The notes below the pieces were generated by a model. That model was given only the letters and a program-made list of their open reading frames with translations. It made no database searches and was not told the DNA's origin. From contig NC_042998.1 of the NCBI RefSeq assembly GCF_006345805.1, positions 151,962,001 through 152,026,000 on the forward strand: a stretch of 64,000 nt of DNA, given 5' to 3'. The position numbers and the translations under genes were made by a program. Source of the stretch: Octopus sinensis. Its lineage: Eukaryota. Below, in pieces: positions 1-11,007 of this stretch (position 1 is the stretch's first letter; every line of letters starts with the position of its first letter).

Positions 1-479
1 GAATACATATATCACGCATTGCGCTTAGATCATATGTGTGTGTACATATGTTCATGCACGAGCAAATATATATATATTCATATAATCTTTAATATATATA
101 TATATGTCTTTCTACATATACATGTATGTGTATGTGTGTGCGTGTTTTCATACGTATGCATATGTATATATGTATATTATGTAATGCTGAAGAAATATTG
201 AAACCTATAAGGAATGCTGGCTACAAACACAAACGCAAGTTCACCAAGGCAGCTGTACACATACACATACACAGGCACACACTTCACACATGCATACGCA
301 AATACATACACATAAACACATATACACGAGCTCATGCATACTGACGCAAGCACACGACCACAGAGTCGACAAAACACGTCCACGCAAAAACACAAACCAG
401 AGAACACACTGATACAACTTACAGGCAAATGTAATCACCATAACACACACATACACACACACACACCTCTAGAAATCTG

Positions 480-656
480 CAAGCAATGGACTCCTGATTA
501 CAGGATCAGGAAAACAAGGATTGGTAATCAAAGCACCTCGCTTATTCCAATATTTAAAACTAACGCATCAGTACCATATATATACACACATTCTTGCATA
601 CACAAGTACTCATACATACATACATACATACATACATACATACATACATACATACA

Positions 657-687
<31 letters not shown>

Positions 688-1360
688 TACCTCCCACATT
701 GAAGGGTATGCGTTTGCAAATAAGGAACAGGAAATATCAATAAAGTACCTGATGCACAAAAGGGACAGAGACGAAGAAAAAACACTAAAATGTGACAACC
801 GATTCAGATTTTGTGAAGTTAACAGCAAAGATATCACCCACATCATAAGCAGTCGTCCGAAAATGTCATCACGGTATTATCTACCGATGAGATATGATGT
901 AACAGCTAGGACACTCTATAATGAAATCCGTTGGAAGGATAACTCAGCGGACAAAGAAATAAGAACCCACAATATGGTGGAAGCCATGGCCACTCATAAT
1001 ACAATAAAATGTAAGCACAACAGACATGATATAATGATTTGGCACAAAGAAGAGAAACTGTGTACAGTTGTGGATATTAGCTGCCTAACAGACGTTGACA
1101 TAAAGCTGAAGATCAGTGAAAAAGAGAATACCTACACTGAACTATTGAGAAATCTGCAGTTACTCTATCCAGATTATAATTTCAGGTTTATACCTGTAAT
1201 TATTGGGTCCCTAGGATATGTAAGACACTGCCTAAATACCAATCTTGAGAAATTATGCTTCCCAAAACCAAAAAGGCGAAAGCTAATTCGAAGACTACAG
1301 ATCTAATCCATCACTGGAACTGTAAAAATCTGTAAAACTTTCCAGTTTATCATTTAAATA
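480..1360 (+). mobile_element. Degenerate REL-type (R4/CRE-like) non-LTR retrotransposon 3' region, split by a (TACA)n tract
   Basis: ORF 521-1306 contains ITSHIEGYAFANKEQEISIKYL, a decayed CCHC knuckle (NRFRFCE..DITHIISS), and REL motifs RHDIMIW..VVDISC..K..EKENTY and FIPVIIGSLG. Confidence 0.8.
611..686. repeat. (TACA)n microsatellite
   Basis: Direct reading. Confidence 0.95.
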
Positions 1361-1444
1361 TATATGAGCTTGTCTAGATATGCAAACTATATGATGAGAA
1401 TACATGTATAGAGCAAAACACAAATTTGCACACATACATTCATA

Positions 1445-1494
<50 letters not shown>

Positions 1495-1544
1495 GTCTAT
1501 ACAGACAAATACGCGCGCGCGCAAACACAGTTGAGTACATCAGT

Positions 1545-1660
1545 GCAAACAAGGAAATAAGGTGGAAAAAATAGTACTCGAATATCAAAAGTAGAGTAAT
1601 ATACTTTTTATTAAAGCTGCAGAATTATCACAGGAGTGTTATTCAGAGTTACACATTTTA
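1545..1660 (-). repeat. Dispersed repeat homologous to 62770-62890, probably a PLE terminal (pLTR) fragment
   Basis: aaggtggaaaaaatagtactcgaatatcaaaagtagagtaatat matches aaggtggaaaaaagagtactcaaataccaggggtagagtaatat at ~62812-62855; the PLE assignment is inference. Confidence 0.5.
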
Positions 1661-1849
1661 GTGTTTTTTCTCCGTGTCTCTGTCCCTTTTGTGCATCAGG
1701 TACTTTATTGATATTTTCTGTTCCTGGATTGCAAACGCATACCCTTCAATGTGGGAGGTAGTATGTATGTATGTATGTATGTATGTATTATATCAGTACA
1801 CGATCCCCGGCGTCGGACCGTTGTGATAAATACTTGTATTATATTATAA

Positions 1850-1879
1850 TTATATTATATTATATATATTATAATTATA

Positions 1880-1940
<61 letters not shown>

Positions 1941-1950
1941 TATATATATG

Positions 1951-1997
<47 letters not shown>

Positions 1998-2048
1998 ATA
2001 TATCTATGTATATATATATGTATATATGTATATATATCTATGTATATG

Positions 2049-2080
<32 letters not shown>

Positions 2081-2120
2081 CATGCGCGCGCGTGTGTGTG
2101 TGTGTATGTGTGTGCGTGCG
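1850..2120. repeat. Compound (TA)n/(TATG)/(TG)n microsatellite
   Basis: Direct reading. Confidence 0.95.
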
Positions 2121-2384
2121 TGTAGAAGGATGAAAAGGAACACACGAGTTGATATATGTAGAAAAAAAATTCAAGATAGAAAATGCTAAAATAATTTTAT
2201 TAAAAACATTTCAGTACCGGTTTCAGTCATTGAGACGTTTTCAACAGTAACAATTAAACAATTAGATTTAGGAAAATTAAAAGGAAAGTTTTTTTAAAAG
2301 AATATTTGTATAGTGCTCAAATACAAGTGGCATTTTCCTTGTTTCTGCCTGTCTCTGTCTCTCTTGTTTACTCTTGTGGGTTCG

Positions 2385-2404
2385 AGGGTTAGGGTTAGGG
2401 TTAG
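2385..2404 (+). repeat. Short interstitial (TTAGGG)n-like tract
   Basis: agggttagggttagggttag. Confidence 0.7.
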
Positions 2405-2599
2405 TGACAGGATGCTGTCTCAGTTTTAGACGCAGCAAATTATTTTAGCTCACAAGAGGCTATTCATTGGTTAAAATTCGAAAAATTAAACTACGTTAAA
2501 CAAAAAATTACAATTTTCTCAAGAAAGCCAAGAGAAAAAAATGTTTTATTTTGACACATTCTACCAATATACGAAGTTTTAAAGTGTTTAGTTAACTAG

Positions 2600-4750
2600 A
2601 AATTGTGTTGACATGTGCCATTCAAAAGGAAAAGATCCAAAAAAAAAGGCCATAAAGCATTTCACAAATGGAAAGTCGTCCGAGAACGATGACATATCAG
2701 CCGAGATGTATAAATGAGGTGAGCAAGTTATGTGAACTATTCTTCTTAATCTGGGAATCAGGATCGGTCCCACAGGAGTTTAAAGATGCTTCTATTGTCC
2801 ATCTTTATAAGCACAAAGGCAGCAGATGTGAATGTAACAACCATGGAGGTATCTCGCTTTTATGTATTGCCGGGAAGACCCTTGGAAGGGTTATCTTAAA
2901 CAGACTAAACAATGCCTTTGACAGTTTAGTGTTGCATGAATCTCAGTGTGGATTTCGGGTTGTTAGAAGTACAGTGGATATGATTTTCAGCCTAAGGTAG
3001 CTGCAGGAAAAAAGCTCATGAGCACAACCGAGACGTTTTTGTCACCTTTGTAAATCTAACTAAAGCTTTCGACACTGTATCTAGGTTGTCCTTAGAAAGA
3101 TAGGTGTTCCCGAGAAGATATTCAATGTCATCATTTCCTTCCGTCGCGGGATGATGGTTTCTGTCAGATCTAGTGGAGAAGTATCCGATTCATTCACAGT
3201 CTCAAATGGGGCAAGGCAAGGCTGTGTTCTTGCACCGCTCTTATTTGCTTTGTATTTCTCCGTCATGCTGGAAACAACGTTCAAAGTTGTTAAAGGAGTA
3301 CAGTTTGATATAGAACTGGTAGTGGCTTGTTCAATCAACAGCGCTTCGAAGTAAAAACTAAGACTTTGGTACAAACAATTCTAGATTTGCTCTTCGTAGA
3401 CGATTGTGCACTTGTAGCACACACTCTTGAGGATGTGCAATGGATTCTAAACAACTTCACGCGTGCATCGAAGGCTTTTGGTCCGAGTATCAGCATCAAG
3501 AAAACTGAGCTTGTTCATCTGCCCATTCCTGACCATCTTACTGCAATGGCCCAGTGGTTAGGGCAGCGGACTCGCGGTCATAGGATCGCGGTTTCGATTC
3601 CCAGACCGGGCGTTGTGAGTGTTTATTGAGCGAAAACACCTAAAAGCTCCACGACGCTCCGGCAGGGGGTGGTGGTGATCCCTGCTGTACTCTTTCACCA
3701 CAACTTTCTCTCACTCTTACTTCCTGTTTCTGTTGTACCTGTATTTCAAGGGGCCGGCCTTGTCGCTCTCTGTGTCACGCTGAATATCCCCGAGAACTAC
3801 GTTAAGGGTGCACGTGTCTGTGGAGTGCTCAGCCTCTTACACGTTAATTTCACGAGCAGGCTGTTCCGTTGATTTGGATCAACCGGAACCCTCATCGTTG
3901 TAACCGACGGAGTGCTTCCATCCCACTGCAGTTCCCCTACTGTTGATGGGAAAGCATTAAAAACTGTTACCTTCTTCACTTTTCTTGGTTCCATTGTGTC
4001 CAATTATGCTAACATGGATAAGGAAATTGAGTCCAGAATCAAGAAGGCTAACTTCGTTTTCGGTAAGCTTTACCACAGGCTTTGGAACAGTGACGACGTA
4101 TCGTTGCAGGTGAAAGTCAATGTATATAAGTTGGCAGTTTTGACAACATTGCTTTATGGTGCTGAATCTTGGACTCTACCAAAAGTACATCAACCAGCTT
4201 GATGCTTTTCATATGCGATGCTTGCGTACTATTTCCAACATAAAACTGAGTGACCATAACAGTGAGGTACTAACAAAATACAACATATTAGGCATTGAAG
4301 CCATCCTCATCAAAATACAGCTTAGATGATCAGGTCATCTCTTACGTATGAGTGATATTAGAATTCCGAAGTAACTTCTCTATGGCCAATTCTCAACAGA
4401 AAGGTCAGTTGAAAGACCACTCTTTCAGAACGCAAGACCAGCCGCTAGTCTTCTTTCTCCTCAGTTCAAAAATTTGAGCAAAGTCAACTCCAGCATCGGG
4501 AGCAACTTTGTGCAAGAATGAAGGCACGCTGGTAAAACGCTGCTCCACTAAATGGAAACCTTACCTGCCACTGTGGCTTTTTGGCACAGAACAAAGCGGG
4601 CCTTCCCGTCCACTCGAGAAATCATATAGTAAATGATCCACAAGCACTGAAGCAAATTGAGTCCTTATCTTGTTCCATTTGCCAAAAACGTTGCAGGGCA
4701 CCAGCAGGACTCAAGAGACACATTTGTATCCATAGAAAATGATTAACACT
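2600..4750 (+). mobile_element. RTE-clade LINE remnant (RT domain and C-terminus), frameshifted and interrupted by a SINE
   Basis: VPQEFKDASIVHLYKHKG..GISLLCIAGK, ESQCGFR..STVDMIFSLR, GARQGCVLAPLLF, LLFVDDCAL, FTFLGS, LLYGAESW, and two C2H2-like motifs near 4560-4730. Confidence 0.9.
3546..3917 (+). mobile_element. tRNA-derived SINE with a 13-bp target-site duplication
   Basis: A box TGGCCCAGTGGTTAG, B box GGTTTCGATTCCC; flanks ccatcttactgca (3533-3545) and ccatcccactgca (3918-3930). Confidence 0.85.
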
Positions 4751-4806
4751 TTATTTTCTTGAACCCTCATTTGTCGTTCACGACAAGAGAAGCCATCATA
4801 TATATG

Positions 4807-4873
<67 letters not shown>

Positions 4874-4875
<2 letters not shown>

Positions 4876-5030
4876 GACGGAGTTCTGTCAGTTTCCGTCA
4901 ACCAAACCCACTCACAAGGCTTTGTGAGGGTTTGGTAGAAGTCACTTGACCAAGGTATCACGCAGTGGGACTAAACCCGGAACCATGTGGTTGGAAAGCA
5001 AGCTTCTTACCACACAGCCACACCTGTGCC
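4874..5030 (-). mobile_element. tRNA-derived SINE (second family), short copy
   Basis: Minus strand A box TGGCTGTGTGG (5020-5010), B box GGTTTAGTCCC (4977-4967), tail gtgagtgggtttggttgacggaaactgac running into (TA)n; homologous to 6124-6277. Confidence 0.8.
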
Positions 5031-5658
5031 TCAATCCTTCATTCTCACTCTCTCTCTCTCTCTCTCTCTCTCTCCCATTCTTTCCCTCACTCAGTACTTC
5101 CTCTTCCCTACCAGATGACCAGTGTCCGGTGGAAGTGGTGTAGTTCTTTTTCGCCCTGCTTTTGACCAGACTGGTCATGCTGTTCCGGGTTCCTACTACG
5201 TCGATTAGGACTTGCTCCATTTCATCTGTGCGCAACTCCATCAAGCTCATTCGATACCTGCAAAGCTCTTTCTGTTGTATTAGTGGTGTATGTATAATTA
5301 TTATTTTTTTCTTCAGTTGTATATAGCCGTAAGGCTTCATGCTGTTATACATTCATAATTATTGTCTTGTTTCTGTCTTAGTATACATTCGCTAGGTTTT
5401 TCCCAAGTAGCTTAATAGCAGCACTGGCGCCTCCAAGATCGAGTGGTCTCAATGGTAATGGCGCGAAACCGCTATGATATTTTGGGTCATTAACTGACGA
5501 AGACATTTCAGCTGCTAATATTCTGTGTATCGTGTCTGTCTATATTTCCCGTCTGTTAAGTTTCGTCTAATTTCCCGTTTGCTCTGCTTTCGTCTAACAT
5601 TTTCTCTTGTGTTCTTTCTGTTCATATACATATACATATGCATATTCATATACATATA

Positions 5659-5710
<52 letters not shown>

Positions 5711-6123
5711 CATCTATATAAATATATATACATATATATGTGTGTGCGCGCGCGTGTGTGTATAAATTTTGGATTAATGAGTATACGTCAGTTAGTGAGC
5801 TGATGTGTTGAGTAAAGCACTGGCATAGTTTGGGCAACCTAATGTTATTCGCAGTGTTAGTTAAGATAATAATCGGTTAAGTAAAGAGAAGATAGAATTG
5901 GTATAACTATTTTATACGACGATCATTTCGACCCATCCTGCAACTGTCTTTAGAGTTTAGAGGTGGTATGCTAGCAAGACACCACTTTATGTATAACTGT
6001 ACCTGATATGACCTATACTGCAAGATTCATACAACTTAGTTTGGTGCACAGCATCCCAGCCATAAAGCAAAGTTGCAAGATAGGTCGAAATGATCTATAT
6101 ATCAATTCCATCTTCTGTTTACT

Positions 6124-6274
6124 GTGTGGCTGTGTGTAAGAAATTTGCTTCCCAACCACATAGTACCAGGTTCAATCTTACTACCTGGCACCTTGGATTT
6201 GAATATTCTACTAAAGCCTTGGGCTCAGCAAGATTTGTGAGTGGGTTTGGTAGACGGAAACTGAAAAACACTCG

Positions 6275-6277
<3 letters not shown>
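6124..6277 (+). mobile_element. tRNA-derived SINE, same family as 4874-5030
   Basis: gtggctgtgtgtaag..ggttcaatc..ttgtgagtgggtttggtagacggaaactg followed by (TA)n. Confidence 0.75.
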
Positions 6278-6324
<47 letters not shown>

Positions 6325-6480
6325 GGTGAATGAATTATCCTATGTTTATCGTCAGCATGGAAAGTTCGTTTAACCGAAACCTGGGTAGCAAATTCACGTC
6401 AGAAAACACAGTTGAAGCGACCTGTCAAGGGTAGAAACTCCGGGTTCCTGTGTAAAAATTTGTGTGTTGTATATGAATAA

Positions 6481-7425
6481 ATGAAAGAATGGAGTCGAAC
6501 GAAGATGTTAACAAAATTCCTTTACTCTCGACACATGTTTCGAAGACAGCATATTTTCATTCCTAGGAACTTTCCCAGAAATTCTAGATTTCATTCTATT
6601 ATCAATTCACACAAGGTAAGAATCGCTTTCTCTAACACTAGGAATCTTTCACAAATTATATCTTCCCATAATACCAAGCTGCTAAACAAAGATTCTTCAC
6701 CCGGGATTTCCAACACTAATCTTAACAATTCCAACCCATCATACAATCACAATAATAGAAATAGTATTAATAGGAGCAGCATTGGTAGCAGCGATAGTGT
6801 TAACAATGATAATATTAATAATAGTATTAGTCGTGTTAATAACATTGGTAGTGTTGATGGTAACAACAATAGCGGTATTATTGTCAGTGAGATTGCTGGT
6901 TGTAGTACAATTAATAATACTAATAATAATAGAAATAGTGTAGTGGTTAGCGCTAATAATAATAAAAACAACAATCATAACAATAAAAACTTCGTCTCGA
7001 TCTCGGAGGACAACCCTAACAGAATAAAATTTTTGTCTAGTAATTCCATAATTAAGAATTCCATTTACCAATGTAGAATTTCTTCCGGTACCGATGTTTT
7101 CTTCTATATAGGAGCGTCCACTTCTCAGTTATCCAAGAGAATCTCTAACCACTATTCGACATTCAGAGATAGGAAAAAACGACATAGTACAGGGCTAAGT
7201 AAATTAGTTTGGCGTCTTAAAGACAACAATATAACTTTCAAGTTGGATTGGTTCATATTGTCGGTATCCTTTCTTTTTGATAAGGGCAGGAGATTTTGTA
7301 ACATTTGTAACTCTGAGCTCTTCCATATTCTTTTCGCTAAGGTTCCCCTAGTAAACACACTCATAGAAAAATCGTACAAATGTAAACATTGGCAGAAACA
7401 CACTTTCTATTCATATAAATGGTAA
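6481..7425 (+). CDS. PLE linker plus GIY-YIG endonuclease, no RT (314 aa, uninterrupted)
   Basis: FPRNSRFHSIINSHKVRIAFSNTRNLSQIISSHN (PLE thumb/linker), IYQCRI..FYIGASTSQLSKRISNH (GIY-YIG), TGLSKLVWRLK, CNICNSE, KCKH. Confidence 0.8.
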   Translation: MKEWSRTKMLTKFLYSRHMFRRQHIFIPRNFPRNSRFHSIINSHKVRIAFSNTRNLSQIISSHNTKLLNKDSSPGISNTNLNNSNPSYNHNNRNSINRSSIGSSDSVNNDNINNSISRVNNIGSVDGNNNSGIIVSEIAGCSTINNTNNNRNSVVVSANNNKNNNHNNKNFVSISEDNPNRIKFLSSNSIIKNSIYQCRISSGTDVFFYIGASTSQLSKRISNHYSTFRDRKKRHSTGLSKLVWRLKDNNITFKLDWFILSVSFLFDKGRRFCNICNSELFHILFAKVPLVNTLIEKSYKCKHWQKHTFYSYKW

Positions 7426-7869
7426 CGATAGTCACTGTGGTTTTAACATTTAGCTTCACGTCCACACCACTGCTATAGAGAAATTCTTCCCTAAGTCTCC
7501 GAACATTCTTTCAATCAACGTACATTTCCCCTTCCCTACCATTACTCCTTTATATCTCCCCTTACTACTACCTATCTTTGACGTATGTCTCTCTATTTCA
7601 CACACACAATCAAACACACAGACACAAATGCAGTTATATACACACACACATATACACACACACACAAACACACGCACTCATTAACACAAGCACACACCCA
7701 CACATTTCCATACATACAGCAAACATACTGTCCCCTACCTATTTTTACTTTTTCCTACTTTGTGACGCCAATGCTTATAACGGATTTTAAAAAAAAACAC
7801 TCATTATCGCCCTGGTTACCATGTAGGCAATCATCGAAATTTTTGTTTGTCTTGTTGTTGAGAGAGGCT

Positions 7870-7963
7870 CCTTTTCTTTCCTGATGAGAACATTGCATAA
7901 TGCACCCTTTATTCCTTCGGAATGAAAATATGCTGTCTTCGAAACATGTGTCGAGAGTAAAGG
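7870..7963 (+). ncRNA. Type I hammerhead ribozyme (PLE pLTR type)
   Basis: Stem I ccttttctttc/gagagtaaagg, CTGATGA 7881-7887, stem II gaacattgcata/tatgctgtcttc, GAAA 7941-7944, palindromic ACATGT stem III, GTC triplet 7950-7952. Confidence 0.75.
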
Positions 7964-8224
7964 AATTTTGTTAACATCTTTGTTTGACTCCATTCTTTCA
8001 TTTATTCATATATATATATATCGTTGCTATTATGCAAAAGTGTCGTAAGTCGAAGACGCTGATGTTTCAGAAAACGAAAAAATACTTTCCCCATTACTTA
8101 GCAAAACCGTTGTACTACACTTTTAAATTTTTCTTATCTTGGTATCTAAAGCAGTTGGAGTTGTTTTATCGATTAATCACCATATGTTCGTCTGTTTGTC
8201 CCTCCACCATTGCTTCACAACAAG

Positions 8225-8392
8225 TGTTAGTGTGTTTACGTTTCCGTTACCTAGCGGTTCGGCAAACGAAACCGATAAATTAAGTAATAGGCTTACCGAG
8301 AATATGTCCCGGAGTCGATTTGTTCGACTAAAGGTGGTGCTCCAGCATGACCGCAGTCAAATCTCTGAAACGAGTAAAAGAATAAAAGAAGA
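8225..8392 (+). mobile_element. SINE 3' half
   Basis: ctagcggttcggcaaa..gtcgatttgttcgactaaaggtggtgctccagcatgaccgcagtc..gtaaaagaataaaag; the tail motif recurs inverted at 15631-15674 and 60158-60203. Confidence 0.6.
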
Positions 8393-8449
8393 ATCTTATT
8401 ACATAATCTTATGGATATTGTGCGTATTATATATCTCAAACGCACACAC

Positions 8450-8563
<114 letters not shown>

Positions 8564-10233
8564 GTAAAAACTTCATCCAATTACAGTCAAAGCTTGATTA
8601 TTCGAAATCCAGCTTTCCAGATTTCGAATTATCCAAGCTGATCTCAATGTCAGTATGTCTTCCTTTATCTATGATCTGATCACTTATCCGAGCAATCAGT
8701 TAATCTAACTAAATTCCAACATGAAGCCTCTCAGTTGATTGTCAAAGTCTCAATCAGCATGCTATAGTGACTCCAAGATACAGTTTGACTCACTTATCTA
8801 AACTGGTTTCTGTTTCTCTGGTACAAGCTTCACTGAATTTTCCTCATCTCGAAGAGACCTTGCATTTCTGACTTCTTACATTAATTTCTCTTGTCTAAAC
8901 TCCCATTCCACATCCAGGTACTCCTTATTTCACCCTTTATGACTTCTCAAATCATTGAAATTATGCTGTTGCTGTAGTTGTTATTGTATAGCCTAGGTCA
9001 CATGTCATTCAGCAGATCTAGAATCAAACATATTCTAGTTGTGACTATACTGTATTACTTGCAAGTATTGAGTGTCGAGGACCGTAATATTTCAAGCGTT
9101 ATTAAGATGTTAGATGTGATATGCCTCGCTACTGAGCAACGCTGAGAATGTGTAAAGTGGAAGGCGGTGCCACTTCTCCGAATGAAGTTCAAACTGAACA
9201 GGATTCTCACGTTTCAGGGCAAGTCAGTAAAGGTGATATATGTCTGTGTTTCATATTCCAGGATCCGTTGGCCAGTGTATAGCGAAATATTACGGAACGG
9301 CACCGATGCCATTATGGAGAGGTGGTGTAGTGCCGTATGGAGAGAAGCAAGGAAAATATGACACGTTTCATACAGCAGAACCAATCACCATACTTTGCTG
9401 AAATTTATGTCTGAGACATTAATTCTAGTCATTAAAACACGCTGTCTTTCGTAATCTTCTGTAAAGCGGACGAAATCTTTTTCTCCTTTTTATTTCTTCT
9501 TCTTCTTCTTCTTCTTCGTCTTCTTCTTCTTCTTCTTCTTCTCCCTTTGTTTCTTTTCCTTGTGATTTATTTATTTATTTATCTATGTATTTATTTGGTT
9601 CTCCTCTAAGAAGTTCTTCCGGGATTACTAGTTAATCCTGATAAATCTGATCTCGATGATGGCAGGCTTATCTGTTTTGAGAAAGGAAGAAAAGAAAGTG
9701 TGGATAATGCAGAGTTGGTAAGACGATGACGCGGCGGTGAGTGTGTGCGTGTGTATGCATATAGGTGTGTCTGTGTGCATGTGCACGTGTACTTATATGT
9801 GCTTGTGTATGTTTGTGTGTGTATGTATATGCGGTTGTGTGTGTGTACGCATGTATGTGTGCGTATATGCTTCTATACTTGTGTACATGTGCATATGTGT
9901 GTATAGTGTGTGGGTGCAGGTGTGTATGTGTTTCTATGTGTGCATATGCGTGTTTCCGTGCATATGTGTTATGCGTGTACATGTGTGTGTGCATGCGTAT
10001 ATGCGTATGTATATGCGTATATATCTGTGTATGTATGTGTATATGTGTGTGTGTGTGCGTGTGTGTGTGTGCGTGTGTGTGTGTGATGAGTGACAAAATG
10101 TTATTAATACAATATTGATGTTGCAGTTGATAGTGAACATTTCGGCGTGGGGTGGAGAGTATGTAAATGTGATATTAGAGGTATTGGTGGTAGTTAATGT
10201 TGCTAGCATTAATGGTGATGTACTATAGCTATA

Positions 10234-10307
<74 letters not shown>

Positions 10308-10319
10308 ATTGTAGTAATT

Positions 10320-10356
<37 letters not shown>

Positions 10357-10487
10357 CGGTTTTGGTGGTGGTGGTAGTGATGGTGGTTGTCGTGGTCGTG
10401 GTCGTGGTCGCGGTGGTAGTAGTAGTAGTAGTGGTAGTAGTGGTGGTGGTGGTGGTGGTGGTGGTGGTGGTAGTAGTAGTAGTAGTA
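10234..10487. repeat. Compound (TAG)n/(TGG)n microsatellite
   Basis: Direct reading. Confidence 0.95.
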
Positions 10488-10943
10488 AAGTTGAGTTTAG
10501 AGGTGTCGGTAGTGGCGACGTCGTGGTAACTTTGGTGTAAACGATAGTGCTGTTGTTGTTTAGCTCGTATTTGTCTTCATTGGTTAAACCTTTGCTGAAA
10601 GGCGATCCAACTGCAACCACCAACTCTTCTTTTAAACCTTATTGCACACACAGAGAGCACAACTGGTCATCTTAATCAGCCACGCAAGTTTCCCATCATT
10701 ATTCCATCTAATCGAGAGAGCTTATATGTCGTTGCTAGATCACCCTCAAATCATATTAGCTAATCACATTACCAGAGACCAGTAAAATATCAGGTTGTTA
10801 ACTGTAACGTAGTTCTATTAGCAACAGCAACAGCAACAACAGCTGACTTAACTCTTACCTCTCTCTCTCTCACTCTCGCTCTTCTTCTTCTTCTTCTTCT
10901 TCTTCTTTCTCTGTCTGTCAGTCTTTGTCTCTCTCTCTCCCTC

Positions 10944-11007
<64 letters not shown>

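Larger units (their letters stand above)
6470..8012 (+). mobile_element. 5'-truncated Penelope-like element with a 94-bp inverted terminal copy
   Basis: 6470-6563 is the reverse complement of 7919-8012 (92/94); encloses a GIY-YIG ORF and a hammerhead; 3' end abuts (TA)n. Confidence 0.85.

Noticed and set aside
19-460. ORFs rich in YI/CV/HT dipeptides, here and throughout the window
   Set aside because: Translations of (TA)n, (TG)n, (CA)n and (TACA)n microsatellites that simply lack stop codons
3546-3620. tRNA gene
   Set aside because: A/B boxes are present, but it continues into a 300-bp body with a TSD and no complete cloverleaf; this is a SINE head
5420-5510. gcgcc/ggcgc stem plus GAAACCGCTA, with CTGACGA downstream, as a hammerhead
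   Set aside because: CUGANGA is not directly upstream of stem II, and no consistent stem I/III pairing was found in any topology
6330-6400. CTGACGA (minus) and GAAACCTGGGTA (plus) hammerhead half-motifs
   Set aside because: They lie on opposite strands and neither has its partner motif
8582-8640. TA-CAGTCAAAGCTTGATTATTCGAA resembling a Tigger/pogo terminus
   Set aside because: No matching second TIR or transposase sequence found
9934-10623. 229-aa Leu/Pro-rich ORF as a membrane protein
   Set aside because: Most of its length is (TAG)/(TGG) repeat translation; only the short unique part is kept as a weak candidate
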